From assembly GCA_028534125.1 (NCBI GenBank), contig CM052818.1, forward strand, positions 25,856,001 to 25,920,000: a stretch of 64,000 nucleotides of DNA, read 5' to 3'. The notes below the pieces were generated by a model, which made no database searches, was not told the origin of the DNA, and was given only the letters and a program-made list of their open reading frames with translations. Below, piece by piece: positions 37,231-50,500 of the stretch. The position numbers and the translations under genes are program-made. The DNA comes from Lama glama. Taxonomy: Eukaryota. The number at the start of each line of letters is the position of its first letter. Within the stretch, counting starts at the first letter, position 1.

Positions 37231-37914
37231 GTACCTTTCTGTGTCTTGTGTTTTGTGTGTACGGTGGGTGGGGTGTGTGTATGTGATTGAGCCTCCTTCA
37301 CAATCAAGGGCTTGTTTCCACATCCAGCAAAAAATCTGCTCAAGCATCTTGTTTGGGAAAGTTGTGCTTGTTTTCTTAGAGAGGTCTGGAGGCCTTAACA
37401 AATACCTGTGGCTTCCTTCTATTCATTTCAAATATTTCGGTCCGAAGATTTCACAATTCCATCCCCACCCTGCTAGTCCCTAGGGCTGTAAGAGAAGAAG
37501 AAAAATATTTTTTAAAGGGCCGGGATTGTAATGTTTCCTTGGCATGTTCCCCCACAAAGCACTGTGTACACTTAAGGCCCCGTCTCAATAAATGACACAA
37601 ATATAGATCTTGTGGGGGAGGGCTCTTGCCTGCTGTTTCTCTTGGGGCCCAATATAACTGTTTTGTTCACATGTTTATGTATGGAGGCTGGTTTGTGTTT
37701 GAATGAGGACCAAGTAGAGACGTATTTGCATATTTGAATTAGGACCAAGTAGAGACAAGTAGATATTGCTGTTCACACATAACTTGTTTTTGGAATTTGA
37801 GGAAGAGGACGATGAAAGGCGAAGGGAAGAAGAAGAAAAAGAAGACTGGAGAAAAGAAGGAGACGGGTTGCAAGGCTGTAAAAAAACACTAGGGCTCAAT
37901 TTTCTGTGCACCCA

Positions 37915-38050
37915 GTTCTCTGGGGATCCTGTCAATCTGCAGATTCTGATTCCGTGCGTCTGGGGTGGGGCCTGAGAGTCTGCGTGCCCTAACACACTCC
38001 AGGTGAGGGCGAGACTGCAGCCCCATGCACCTCACTTGAGAAGCCAGGTC
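37915..38050. mobile_element. MER5A DNA transposon
   Basis: tgcagattctgattccgtgcgtctggggtggggcctgagagtctgcgtgccctaacacactccaggtga...cacttgagaagc. Confidence 0.75.
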
Positions 38051-39289
38051 CTAGCTTGGAATGTACCATTTTAGAACTTGTGCAAAGGTGCTCGCTCTCT
38101 CACTGAGGCTGTTCTTACAGGCTGCTTCTCTCTCACACTTGTTAATTCCCTCCTCGGTCACTAATAATGCTTTTTTGTTTTCATGTCATTTTTTACAAAG
38201 CGTCTCTCAACTTTGCATAGGAGTCATCTTCACTCCCAAAGTCCCTCCAGTAGATTCTCCTTCCCCCTCCAGAATGATTTTTATTTCTCGATTTTCTTCC
38301 CAGTCCTTTCCTGGCTTGACATTTAGTATTTACTCGTTGAGGCAATTCTTCTGTCCTCTCTACCACACCAGGTTTTCTCCCCCTAGAGACTTCAGTGCAC
38401 AGTCCTTGCACTAACAGGAACAGGCTTCCACCTTTTGTTTCTGGTCCCAAAGCAAAATTACAAAATGGAATCTCCTAGTGGTAGATGAATTTAGATGCGA
38501 CTCAATTTACAGCCTCGGTGGACAGCTTTTCTTCAGCCCAGGCCACTTCTTCATGCAGTAATATCCACCACAGTATATGGTTTCCAGAAAGTCTGAAGGA
38601 AGACAGATGTTTTCCCTAGAATGCAGTTTCTGTGTCACTGTGGTAAATAAGAATTTTCAGACTCGCAGTCGATGAAAACCTTTAAAATTCTCTTTGGATG
38701 AGACTAATCACCAAGGCTTCCTTAACCTCCCTGTAACCTAGAGTCTTACAAGGCTTGTTGCCCAAATATTTGGTTTCCCTGCCTGAAAACAAGGATCTGT
38801 TTGTGAATCACTGACCACACATCGTAATGCCTAACACCATCCCTTTGAACCCACTAGGGACCAGTAAGTAGTGATTAAGCTGACAGAGCTGGAACAAACG
38901 TTTCCAGCTCTGAGTCTGCATTTAACTTATGAAACTTTAACACTGTTTTGGTGATAACCTCATTAGATCATTCACAGTGTGTCCATTTGAAGACAATACA
39001 GTATTATTCAGAAGTTGGCTTAGTACCATTCCATCAAATGGAACTTTTTATTAACTGGTATCTTCACAGATTTATGGTATAATGCTAAAGAATGTCTGTA
39101 ATGAGCCTGAAGCACTTGCTGAAAGACGTTCTGAATCATCACAGAGAGATGCAATTCTTGCTTCATATATTTTGGTGTTAAATATATTAGAGTTTCACTC
39201 TTGGGAAATCGGTCAGCGTATGCCTAACAGTACCTTACACTGGCAGATCGATTTCCAAATTTATTTAATATTTTAAACAAGAATACTTT

Positions 39290-39395
39290 ATCATCCACAT
39301 TCTGAAGTGGAAGGAATTGAGATGAAGTGACTTGCCCAAATCCCACAGGAGGCAATCAGTGAAAAAGTGAGGACCCCAGACCCAGGTCTCCTGTT
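39290..39395 (-). mobile_element. MIR fragment
   Basis: gatgaagtgacttgcccaaatcccacag...gacccaggtctcctg. Confidence 0.6.
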
Positions 39396-39699
39396 TCCTT
39401 TTATGGTTGTTCTTTATTTGGTTAACCCGAAACACCCACTTCTCTAACAACTACGAATGATAAAGTCAACTGAATGTTATCCTGGCTCTAAAGTGTGACT
39501 ATAAGCTAAAGAGACAAACTTGGTTTTACTTCCATGTATGCTGTGACAGAATTTGCATATCCAGAATTCACGTGGACGTTGTCCTTTAAAGTAATTTGTC
39601 TCAGGATGATACATTATCTATTACTTTATTTTCCTTCTCACATTATTTGTGAGTTGAACAAGGAAAAGAAAGTGTCTTTTTGCTCCAGAGTCACACCGA

Positions 39700-40180
39700 A
39701 TTTCAATTCAATTCGATTCAACAAACATTGGTTAAGGACCCATCGGGTGCTGTGCACAGTGCCAGACACTGAAATATGGAGGCTAAGACACGGTCCTCTC
39801 TGCCTAGAGGATTTACAAACTCGTAAAATAGGTGAGTCTAATACAGTGGTGCTGAGGCTACTGTAGTGGCCCAAGGAGGGCATGGTCAGCTGGAGGAGGC
39901 AGATTGGTGGGGAGGGAGCAGCTGATTCTTCAGGATGCGGAGGGAATTCCCAGGCATAGGAAGGGCAGGGACTATTCCTGGGTGAGGAAAGCAGACAGGT
40001 GGTCAGGCCACCAGGTCACTCCAGCCTCTAGCAGTCTGGACACCTGAAGGTGAGTGTCTGGAGGTCCCGACAAGAGATAGGGCTGAACTAGGTCCCATGT
40101 ATCACCTTAACGGGCAGCATAATTGGAGGTGACCCTTTGACAAGGAGAAGCCAAAGAAGGATTTTAAGTTGGAGAGTAAC
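39700..40180 (-). mobile_element. L2 LINE fragment
   Basis: ttcaattcaattcgattcaacaaacattggttaag...gtgccagacactg...ggagaagccaaagaaggattttaag. Confidence 0.7.
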
Positions 40181-42653
40181 CGTGAGCTCAGTGGTTGGCA
40201 ATTTCAGCTTTTGACCCTCGTGGGCGTCCCTCCTCCTCTTCTCTCATTGGTTATCTTTGTCCTCCGATGAGATGTACTTTCTGCCCTCCAGGTAAATAAT
40301 CAGCCACCTCCAGCAAAGCCCCTGGGAACCATCCTCGTCAGGGGCCCCGCACGCTCCCACTAGAGAGACTGCACGATTTTAAGTCCCAAATCATATTTGC
40401 CTGCTTTACTTACCAGACCTGACCTAAATATTGTCAACCGCAATACTTTCTAGTCAAGATAAAAGAAGTAGAGATTTTCCACGAAATGAAGTGTGAATCT
40501 TGGCACCAGATGCTTAGATAGTCTAAGTTTTGGGTTGTGTCCATCCTTGGTGTTGCAAGAATGGTGAATTGTAGAGATGAGTAGATTTAAGTTATGACTC
40601 CAGGAGGAGTTGTTGTCTGCTTTCTGGCTGGCTGCTAAGCAGCAGGTGAACTAGCAGCAGAAACAGAAATGTCCTCTTTCTTTCCCTGTCCCCATTGGAC
40701 CTGGCCTTCTTGCACCAGCTCCTGGAGGAAGAGGAATATCTAGGCCCCCCTTGATGCCTAAATGACTCCTTTCTTGGCCATGTCGAGGCCACAGAGGCTT
40801 TATTGAAAGGTGCTCTGGCTCCTCTCCCAAGTAGACAGTTTCTTGTGTCTGCTCTTACCTCTGTCTTCCTAGTTTGCCTCCTGAGGGTCTAATCCAAGCC
40901 CCTGGAGCCACTGATCACCAGCTGTCACTTGGTTTACAACTGCGGGGCAGTGGCGATGGGGGGTGGGGGAGGGGAGTCTCAAGATGAGGCCAGAAGGATT
41001 ACTCTCCTCTGCTCCAAGAACAGCGCTTGGAGGGACATTCCACCCTCGCTCAGCCACCCCCAGTCCATTCCTGCCTGGCCCAGAAGAGAAACAGTCAACA
41101 CATGCCATATTTGCAAACTGTTAGGTGACTTAACAAGAGCCATCTCACTCCGTTTGGCCTAATAGCCTAATACCTTCTTTGCGCTTAGTTGAGGATCATC
41201 CAGCACATCAGCAAAGTTTACACAATATACAATCATCAGTGAGACGTGTGGTGCATACGAGGTGCCTTTATTTCTCAGGCTTTCAGGGTTCTGCAGACTT
41301 TATCATTTCAATCAGCTAAGTTGAAGTAGAAAGCTCCGCACCCACCTCCCCAGGGGCAACACAATAATTTATAATTTAAAGAATATGCAGATATAATCCT
41401 TATCTACCTGTGCTCCCTTCACTAATATTTTAATTATCTTTGATTCTTCCTTTGAAGGATGAAAAATTTAAAAGCACATGCTTCATATTTCTTTTGAGCC
41501 TTTTATCTTGTGCCTTTCTTGTCTTTGCTGACATTTTTAGAGAAAAGTATTAAAAACTGCCATTATCCATACTGTGGGCTCCCAAAGGGGAAAGAGGGAA
41601 AGAGTTGCAACTGATGTTGAGTTGGGGGTGGACAGGAGCTAGCTGGGGGTGGGGAAGATGGCTGCAGACCCATCCCCACCGGGAGCAGAACCCATGGTCC
41701 AAACCACTGAGCTTGGGGAGGGAGCTGAGTCTGAGCCAGGCCAGGCTGGCTAGGGGTGGATTCTATCTAGGTTGAGCAGGCAGGGCACAGGGTGGGATTT
41801 CTAAGGAGAGTTTGGGTGCTCTGTGTGTATCCCACATATTTATCCAAGGGTCCATTTGTCCTGGGGAAGAGCCTAGAATGAACAGGGCCCCAACCAATGG
41901 GACAAGAGTTCAGGGAAGGGCTCTGGTCCCATCAGGGAGCCAGAGAAAAAACTGGAGCCAGAAATGATGGCAGAGGACAGTCAGAAAGATGGGACACATG
42001 TGGGGGTGGTGATGATGGTCCTTCCCAGAGAGTCTTTGCTCTTTGCGGGGGGTGTAGCTAAATCTCCATGCCACGTGTGGGGGCGCTCCAAGGTGATGAT
42101 TAATTCCATTCAAGTCACAAAGCAAGTCAGAGGTGAGGCAGAAGCAGGCGTTAAATCTCTTTGCTCCTAAACTCTGTCTCTCTCTAAAATGACAGGCAGC
42201 ATTGGAGAGCCTCGATCCCTCTTCCATTCAGCTGGGATCAAAGAGCTGGTTATAATCTCCTGCAGCAAAAAGTGTCAAGAAAATGATCAAAAGAGACATG
42301 ATACTACCAGTCATTCTTTTCTCATCTTTTGGTCTCTTTTCTAACATCTGAAGCATACGGTTTAGAGAAGATACTATGAGTGGGATGGTCACAGTGCGGG
42401 GCCTGACAAATAGCATCACCACCCTCACTCTCCCGCTGCCTGATTCCAGAGGTACGGGTAACTCCTCATCGGCAGACTTTGCTCAGGATCCAGAGTGGGC
42501 CTCGTACCCGGATGCTGGTCAGGGGATCACATCTCTGCGGTCACCTGAGCACACTAGCTGCTGTGGGTCTTGTGGCTCATTTTTGACTGTGTTTGAAAGT
42601 GGACCAGACAGGCTTTGACATAGGAAATAAATGACACTCTTCTTATCACTCTG

Positions 42654-43159
42654 TGTCTTAGGTCAGGTACCCTAGAAGCCAAGCCCCAGGCAGGGACTCA
42701 GGTGCTCATGTCTTGGTTGGGCAGTGCTCTTGGAGAAAGGGAGTGAGGGAAGCTGAATGAGACGGAGGAAGAGGCTAAGCAAAGATGCCGTCTGAGCTGG
42801 AGTCAAACTTCAGTTGGATCCCAGAGAAGCAGCCTGGATTTAAAAATTGTGAATCACCATGTTGTACACCTGAAACTTATATAATACTGTAAGTCAACTA
42901 TACCTCAATGAAAAAAAAAAAAGGAAAACAAAAAGTATAGATTGCACCACAGAGCTGATTTTACCTTGAGACTGGACTGCAGCCTTTTGTTACAGGGAGG
43001 GGGACCCCTCAGATGTCAGGTAGCTGCTCCGGATGAGGGTGGTGGTGCAACCTCCAGGACGAGGGGCTCCATGCAGCGAAGGGCAACTCTTTAGAGAAAG
43101 GGAAGCTGTGAGCTCTTCACAGTCACCCAGGAGGACACTGACAGTGTCCATCTACTACA
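42654..43159 (-). mobile_element. LTR16-like ERVL LTR interrupted by an L1 3' fragment
   Basis: Starts tgtcttaggtcaggtaccctagaagc...gagaaagggagtgagggaagc and ends catctactaca. Confidence 0.7.
42849..42935 (+). mobile_element. Short L1 3' end with poly(A)
   Basis: gaatcaccatgttgtacacctgaaacttatataatactgtaagtcaactatacctcaatg followed by an A tract. Confidence 0.85.
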
Positions 43160-43238
43160 CAGGGATGAATGTGATCAGTAAGCCATAGAGATGCTTACTG
43201 TATTCTTGCTTCCTGGTAATAGACTGAGCAGCCATTAT

Positions 43239-43396
43239 TAGGAGACTGATCTAGGTTTTGTAGGTCCTGAAGCTTATTACAGTTTGGGGGTCCCTCCTTA
43301 AGAAAAAGAACGCAAGAGTGAATTCAAAGTTAGGCTCATAGCCTGTGCAGGTGGCAAGTCCTAAAGCTAAAACTTCACTAGTCTTGTCAGTCTCTG
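43239..43396. mobile_element. Short hAT-Tip100 (Zaphod-family) non-autonomous element
   Basis: gatctaggttttgtaggtcctgaagcttattacagtttgggggtccctccttaagaaaaagaa; same terminus as the element ending at about 61436. Confidence 0.7.
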
Positions 43397-43569
43397 GATA
43401 TTTAAGCTTCTTTGTGCAGAAGAGAAAACAGGTTCAGAGTTTAAATGAAATTGCCCAAGTACATCAGTCAAGGAAGTGATTGGAGCCAGAGCCCGTGTTT
43501 CTGGTTCATAGTCTGCTTCTGTCTTACCCAGGACTAAGACCCAGACTCCTTGTCATCTCCTTCTTATAC

Positions 43570-43745
43570 CATCAAATCATTACACTTGCAATGATTTCTT
43601 TAAGATCTGTCTTCCTTACTATACTCTGTGGGTGTATTTGGCCTGTTTCTCGCTGTTCCCCAGCACCTAGCTCAGTGCCTTGCGTATGATTGGTGTGTGA
43701 GAAGTGTTTGTTGGATGAATGGATGAATAAATGAAAGAATGAAGA
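43570..43745 (+). mobile_element. L2 LINE 3' end
   Basis: ccccagcacctagctcagtgcct...gtttgttggatgaatggatgaataaatgaa. Confidence 0.75.
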
Positions 43746-44119
43746 AAATCAATTTCTTTCTTTGAATTACAGCTTTTCAAGTATTAAAATACAGCTGTTA
43801 GACTGTCTCTCCGATTGGATAGCTTGTGTTTTTTCTAATAGGCTAATTACCCTTCAACAGTCCCTTGCATTTTCCAGACCTACCTAGACTTGTCAACTTT
43901 CCTCGCCGGTATCCCTGTTAAACTGTGGCTCTTACAAGTGTTCCCAGCACCACAGATGAGGCCTCACTAGTATGGAGCAGAGGGTAGGATCATCTCGTGG
44001 ACACCATGAGCCTTTTTCGAAAAGAAGGCCCCATGAGTTCCTTTCAGTATTTACATGGAGAAAGTGAGGGAGGAGGAGTTTCCATGACCTGGTGGCTCCT
44101 ACTCGGGAGAAGCAGATTG

Positions 44120-44330
44120 CCCTATCACTGGATTTAGAATCAGACACATCTGAGCTTGCATTTGGGTTCTACCACTTGCAACTGTGATTTTATAAGTGAC
44201 TTACTCCTTCTGCCTTTTAGATTCGGCATCTGTAAACTGGAAGTAATACCACAGGGCGGGTGTAAAGGTGAAATGAAATGATGGATGTAGATTACCTGAG
44301 ATGTTTACTGACCTGTACATAGTAGACATG
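44120..44330 (+). mobile_element. MIR SINE
   Basis: ggatttagaatcagaca...ctaccacttgc...aagtgactta...catctgtaaactggaagtaatacc. Confidence 0.7.
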
Positions 44331-46244
44331 ACTCTGTGAGATGTGAATTCATGGGAGCTAGAATATTTTTCATAATCTTTAATTAGGGTAATATCAAAGA
44401 AATCAGGTAGATTCAGGACAGATTCCCACTTAATTAGAATATAGGATAGTTTAAGCATGCAAATAAATAAACACTAACTTTCACAGCTTTGGATGTGAAA
44501 ATAATCAATATATATTCTACATTCAAAAAGCAATGTGTATAGCAATTATAAGATCGCCTAGGTCAACATGATAATACTGTTTGAGATTTCCCAGAAGTTT
44601 CTGTAATATAACCTGTGTAGGTCAGGTAAGCCTTGGTACATCCAGGGGTGTACAGGCAGGACGATATCTAAGGTGCCACGCACTTGGGGGGTTTTGCTGC
44701 TCCCAGGGGCTACAGATTAGGCCACAGAAGTGTCTCATATAATTTCTAGTAGACGGGAGGTAGAGGACAGCACAATGCTCACACCAACTTCAGAGCCACC
44801 AGAAGAGCAGAAATAGTATAAAACTGGAGAATGTAGAGGCCTGTTTCCTGGCACTGGTTTTCTCCTCTTCCTCTGAACTTGACCCCTAGACTCAAATCCA
44901 CGTTCGGAGAGCTCTGACAAGTGCTTACCGAGGGCACCTAGAGCTGGCTCCCTGACCTGTGCCTTCCAGCACATTGACTGGAAAGAACTGCTCCAAGCCT
45001 CAGGCCCCAGTGAGACAGTGGGTGTTTTCAGCTCCTCGGGGCCCATGCTCCAAGGTACCGAAACTCAACCAGCTGAGAGAAGCCAGCTGTTGGTTGTCCT
45101 GTTTGCTGACAGAGGACATACCATTAGCAGCTCATTGGTGTTATAAGGTCTATGGAGAATAAAGACATGAGCTTGAGACTTGTCCCTTTCCCGTTTATGT
45201 CACTGGCCTGCTCATCTTGTGTGAGTAGAAATTACGGGTGGCATGCTGTTTCTCCATCACCTTCTAGCCTTTCCTGGTTTTTATGCAGTAAGGCCATTTC
45301 TTTTAAGTATCTCCCTTTCAAAGCTCCTGGGGGTTAGGGGTGGGGGAGCATGTGGGTATTTGCTCTCATTCACCTCTTTGCAAAGCTACTCTCTGCTTGG
45401 CCTTGGAGAAGGTTCTTCAGGGCCACGAAGGTGTAGGGAGGGATGGAGGAATGGATGTGGGTGGGGGCTAATGGGCAGGAGAAGCATAGGAGGTAAACTG
45501 GGTTTTCAAGATCCTGGAACTTTAGAATCTTATTGATTCAAAATGCAATTTTTATTGTCCAGATTGCATACCGAAGATCAATCCCTTGAAACAGAAGTGG
45601 GCTGTTCACTGAGGCTGAGATGGGAGCCAAAGAGGGAACCTCATCTCTGGAACTTTCTTAACTTTCATTTTTGTGCATCCCAGGACTGCAACCAACAGCT
45701 CCTCCAGTGTTAACATTTAATGAGGCATCTGACTAGGAACTTTAGAGAAGGAATAACCCCAAAGCCAGTTGCAAAAAACTCCAAAGTTAGAATGTGCCTG
45801 TTCAGACTTTGTCCATGGCATGTGACACGGCTTGCTACCACCAAAAAGGAACAGGAAAACACAAATTGATTTCTCTCTTCCCTTGAAACAAATAGCACAC
45901 AAACAGGGGGTGCAGTGAGAAGGTCTGGACTTTCTCTCTGTGCTAACTCTCTAACACTGACCAGGATCAGTGAGATGGAACCCACTCCCATCAGCAACAT
46001 GCAAGGGACAACGGGAGTTACCTTCTTACCTAAAAAGAAGGATTGGGATTAGGAACAACTGAAGTGTGAGTGTATGGGAAATAGGACTTAAGGTGACATC
46101 AAGGGCATGATCCCTATGGAATGGCAACCTCCCTCCTCCCCACATTTCCTACCGCTGGTAGGACTGAAACAGGCCATGTGGCCAAAATGTCACACCAAGA
46201 GCCCTTCTCCTCTCAGCACTCCTTGGATAGCAGTAGAGTAGTAG

Positions 46245-46450
46245 GAGCCAGTGTTTATTGAGTACATTCATGAGCTTTATCATGTGTTATATATGTGTTA
46301 TATATAATATATATATAATATGTGTTAAGAGCTTAATCAATATTATCTCACTCATTTCTCACTATGAGTCTTTGTGGTGTCATCGTTTTTTAGATGTGGA
46401 AACTGAGGCTCGGAGGTTGTCACTCACCCAAGAGTGCACGGCAGATTGAA
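46245..46450 (-). mobile_element. MIR SINE with an internal TA-rich tract
   Basis: gtttattgagtac...ttttagatgtggaaactgaggctcggaggtt. Confidence 0.7.
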
Positions 46451-49400
46451 ATACAATTCTTTGACTTTCTCTAAATGTCCTATTCACTTCGGCTCTGATC
46501 AGCTTTTTGTTGTTGTTATTTTGGTCCTCTGGTCCTTTTCTGAGGTTTCCACCTTAGCTGCCTGTTAATTTCATCGGCATATCTTTAAATTCAAGTGGAT
46601 GCATCAGGGTAAATCTACCAGATTGTAAACTCAGTGAGAATAAGGAATTTTGCCTCTCACGTTCATGGCCATGTCCTCTGACGCACAGTGCATGTTCGTT
46701 TGTCATATGAACTATTTGTTGTTTAATGAGTGATATGTCTACAGAAACTCAGGTCCAGGGATTTGCTTTTGGGCTGAGGCCATGCTTCTTGAAGCTCTGG
46801 CTTTGGGTTGGCTGTCCATGGGAAGAGTCCTCTGAGGTTTGAGCATCTGGGCAGGCATTTCCCTCGGGACACCCCCGACAGGACCACAGATGCAGGATCT
46901 ATGCAGAATATGTGGCTGGGTTCTGAAGACTGCTTGCAGGAATGCACAAAATCCCATAAGGTGGCATCATGGTTCAAGAGATGTATGTCTGTCCTTGGTA
47001 TTAGGACCAGAATGAAATTTCTCCTGAGGGTCCTCATACAGAGGGTCTTGCGTGATGAATACACTGTGTCTTCAATAATGTCCATACAGAAGACACCATG
47101 GAGATAGTCTGTGACTCTTCCCTAGGGCTACGCTCAGTAGAGGTGGATGGCAGTTTCCGGAAGCTCAGTCAGAAGTCATCAGGCCCAGCCCTGAGGCAGC
47201 CCTCCCCCTGTTTTAACCTTCCCTTCTCCCTGGCTGACTTACTGTAGGGGTTTGCCCTCTGCGAGTGTTGGCCACCCTGGGGAGACTTCATTCTTTGATT
47301 GTTCTAAGAGCAACACTAGAAATTTAAACATAAGCTCTCAGCCACCCTGTGCCTTCTCTCTGACCCATTGCTTATCCCGAAATATGCTGGACCTAAAAGA
47401 CCATTCCACTTGGAGGGAGCCCAAAGGAATGAAAAAGGTCTTACTGCTTTCTAAATAAGAGGATGGAAAAATGCAAAACAACTCAGCAACAGCCACCCAG
47501 TTTGAAGCTGGTACCCTTTGTTTTGATGCAAATTTAAGACAGCCACTTCTCAGAAAAAAGGGGCAGTACAGGACCTGGTCCCCAAGAAATGCAAATTGTC
47601 ATTCTCTCTGGTGTGCTTTGCTGATGTGGCAGGGTTTTGGAAAAGCCAGTTTTTTAAAACTAACACTTCTAAAATTCTGGTGCCCATGGGGAGTCTTACA
47701 ATTTTCTTTGGAGTGGCAAAGTAAATTTCAGACCTATCATTTTGTTATTTAAGATCCCCAAATCTAGAGCCAGAATAATTAGGGATGCTGGCAGAGTTGT
47801 AGGGAAAAAGCTCTTTCCCGAGGCCTCATTCTGTTCCGGCAAGCCTGCCAGTTCTGCCTGTCCATCCAGAGAGAGATTGTGTAATTTCCAACACCCCTGG
47901 GAAACTACCAACCCCTCCTGAGCCTGCCTCCAACTTCAACCTGGTCCGGCAGGTCCCCCAGACAAAGAACCACTCCATCGTCCATAGAACTAGCTTGGGC
48001 CACATTCTGCTGGATTTAAAGCTATAAGCCACCCACCTCCTGGCACAGGTGGCTCAGAAGTAACCTTTTCTCATTTGTGTGAGTCAGGATTTCTGAGCTG
48101 ACCAGTGTTGTGTCCCCAAAGAGGATAGCACTGGGGGCATGACGTTGGATTACAGCCTGGGAAATGTAGGTCCCACTAAAGGAAGACTCCTGGCCAGGGC
48201 AGGTGATGGACACCAGGGTGGGATTGCTGGTCCCTGAAGGAGGCGGTGCAGGGCATCTGGCAGTTCTGGCAGGTCCTTGAGCAGCGGGATGTAGACTGGA
48301 CTGCCTCTAAGTTATAATCTAAAGGAGGTCAGGACAGCCCTGACTCCAAGTATTTATCTGTTGAATGTGTCCACTGGCAGGACTCGATTTCTTATTGAAA
48401 GCTGTTGGGCTTTAAAGATGTGCTATTAGAATGTAACTATCTTGAGGAGGGTTCTGCCTTAAACATGACTGGTTTTCTAGTACTGATCATTACGAACAGG
48501 GAGGAAAAGGCTTGGGGGGACCAGGGACAGGTCACCAGCTGGAGCAAGGCTTGGACTGGAAGAGAAGTAGGAGGGGAGATTGGGAGAGAAAGAAACATTT
48601 TGTTTCTGGACTACTCTGCCTTCCGGTGCCACTAGCAGGAGAAAACAATGTTTAAAGATCCCTCTGTGCCACCAGTGGGTTGAGGACATACCAGGTTGAG
48701 GGAAAGGAGGAGAAAAAAAGAGAAGGAGCAGAGAAAGGAAAGGGAGAAAGAAGGTGTCAGGTAAGGGTGGGTGGGGGCCAGCCATTTGTAGAAGTTTGGA
48801 GGAGGGGCACGCCTGGTTGTCACCTCAGCCATCGACGGCCAACTGTGGGCCAGTGGAGGTGTCAGAAGGTGTGCAGGCAGTGTGATGGAGTGGAAGTCGT
48901 CCCAGGCTGGAGGTCAGGGGTTCTAGTTCTGTAATAACTGCCTGGATGACCTCTGGGGCTTTTTAGCTAGAATTAGGAGGAGGGTGGCCCTACGGTCTCA
49001 AAGGTGGCTTCCAACTGGAGCAGTTCTCATGCTGGGAAATGGTAATGATTTTGAAAGCCCCATAATTCCAACACCACTGGGGAGCCACACCTTGTCCAGA
49101 AGACATCCTAATGAACCCTGAGGAATGGCTAAGCTGTAGCACCTCGGCACCCCTAGTTCCCAACACTGAGCCTCACTGTTGCCAGAAAGTTTATAGGAGA
49201 AGTGCTTGGAAACTGCCGCTGGTCTTAATTCCTTTCTTTAACCTTGAGATAAGAATGCCTTTGTTCGAGTCTCAGGCAAGTCTCAAGTTATGTAACTCAC
49301 TTTTATTAAAACTCTCCCTGACTGTTTTATATTCAGCCTTTTTGCTGCCCTGGTTTGCGGCTTTAATTGAATAGGTGGCCTTGTATTTGTGCTAAGTTTT

Positions 49401-49649
49401 TTTTGGTCTTTCTCTTTCAGATCGTGACAGGATAATCACACTGGTTTGTTTAGTAAACACTGAGGCCAGCTCTGCAATCCAGAGGCCAGTGACCGAGCTG
49501 GGAAAGCTTTATTCCTCTTGCAGGATGTCAGGAAAAGCTTCCAGGGGACAAGCCCTCACTAGGCCAGACCCCCTTAGAGAAGCAGACAAATTCCTGCTGG
49601 TTTGTTGAGCAAATGCTGAGGACAAGATTCGTGTATCATTTACGCCTCG

Positions 49650-49870
49650 GAGAGGTCATCCCTGACACCCTATCCAAACTAGTTTCCTTTCCCCATCTGT
49701 AATCCTCTTAAAATGGTCTTTATAACATTTACTACTGTTTGAAATCATCTTATTATTTTTGTTTAGAATGACTGTTGGGCTCGACCTTGCACTGGAGTGT
49801 GAGCTCCCCCCAAGAACAGGGGAGCTGAGAGCCCACCGCCACGCCTCGGGAGAGCCAATGCACAGCCATG
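49650..49870 (+). mobile_element. L2 LINE 3' fragment
   Basis: cctcggagaggtcatccctgacaccctatccaaa...cactggagtgtgagctcc. Confidence 0.65.
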
Positions 49871-50069
49871 CAGTCAGCAACCACTCACTGAGCTTCTAGT
49901 GTGTACTGGGTACTGGGCTTGCTGGGATGGACGCTTCTGTAAAAAATAAATAAATAAATAAAAATGAATGCGTTACATGCTTGGAGGTCTATTGGCATAA
50001 CTAGAAATTTCCTCAAGCCGTCATGTTCTGTCCTGCCAAGAATTTGGGAGGCTCACCCATGATTCACCA

Positions 50070-50500
50070 CCTGCTGTGATGCTAGGTACTGGGACGGGAC
50101 AAGAGCGAGCAGGAGATGAACAGAACGTGTTCTCAGGGAATTCAACGGTCCAGTATGGGATGGCCAGGGGAGAGCAGACATGTACGTGAGAACCCTAATG
50201 TGTGAGGCTGAAGCCTTAATCAAGTGATACACGCAGTGTCGTGGGAGCAGTAATTAGAGGAAGAGGACAAGAAGACTTCTGCTTTACAGAGCAGGAGGGT
50301 TCGGCAGGAGTTGGACAGGAGAAGACGGGGAAGAGCATTCAAGGCACGAGGAGCAGCCCGTGTGAAAATATGGAGCCAAGAGAGGATTTGTGTGTGGCTG
50401 GAAGAGGGACAGGTTGGTGGAGGTTTGCACAAGTGCAGGGAGGGCAGTGGAGGTGGAGGGTGGAGAAGGCTGTGAGAAGTCACTGGGAACCAGACTGGAA
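50070..50500 (-). mobile_element. L2 LINE fragment
   Basis: ggaagagcattcaaggcacgaggagcagcccgtgtgaaaatatggag. Confidence 0.6.

Noticed and set aside
38500..38612. Minus-strand frame LHEEVAWAEEKLSTEA, superficially like a spectrin repeat
   Set aside because: Short match, weak donor, a stop immediately after, and no neighbouring exons.
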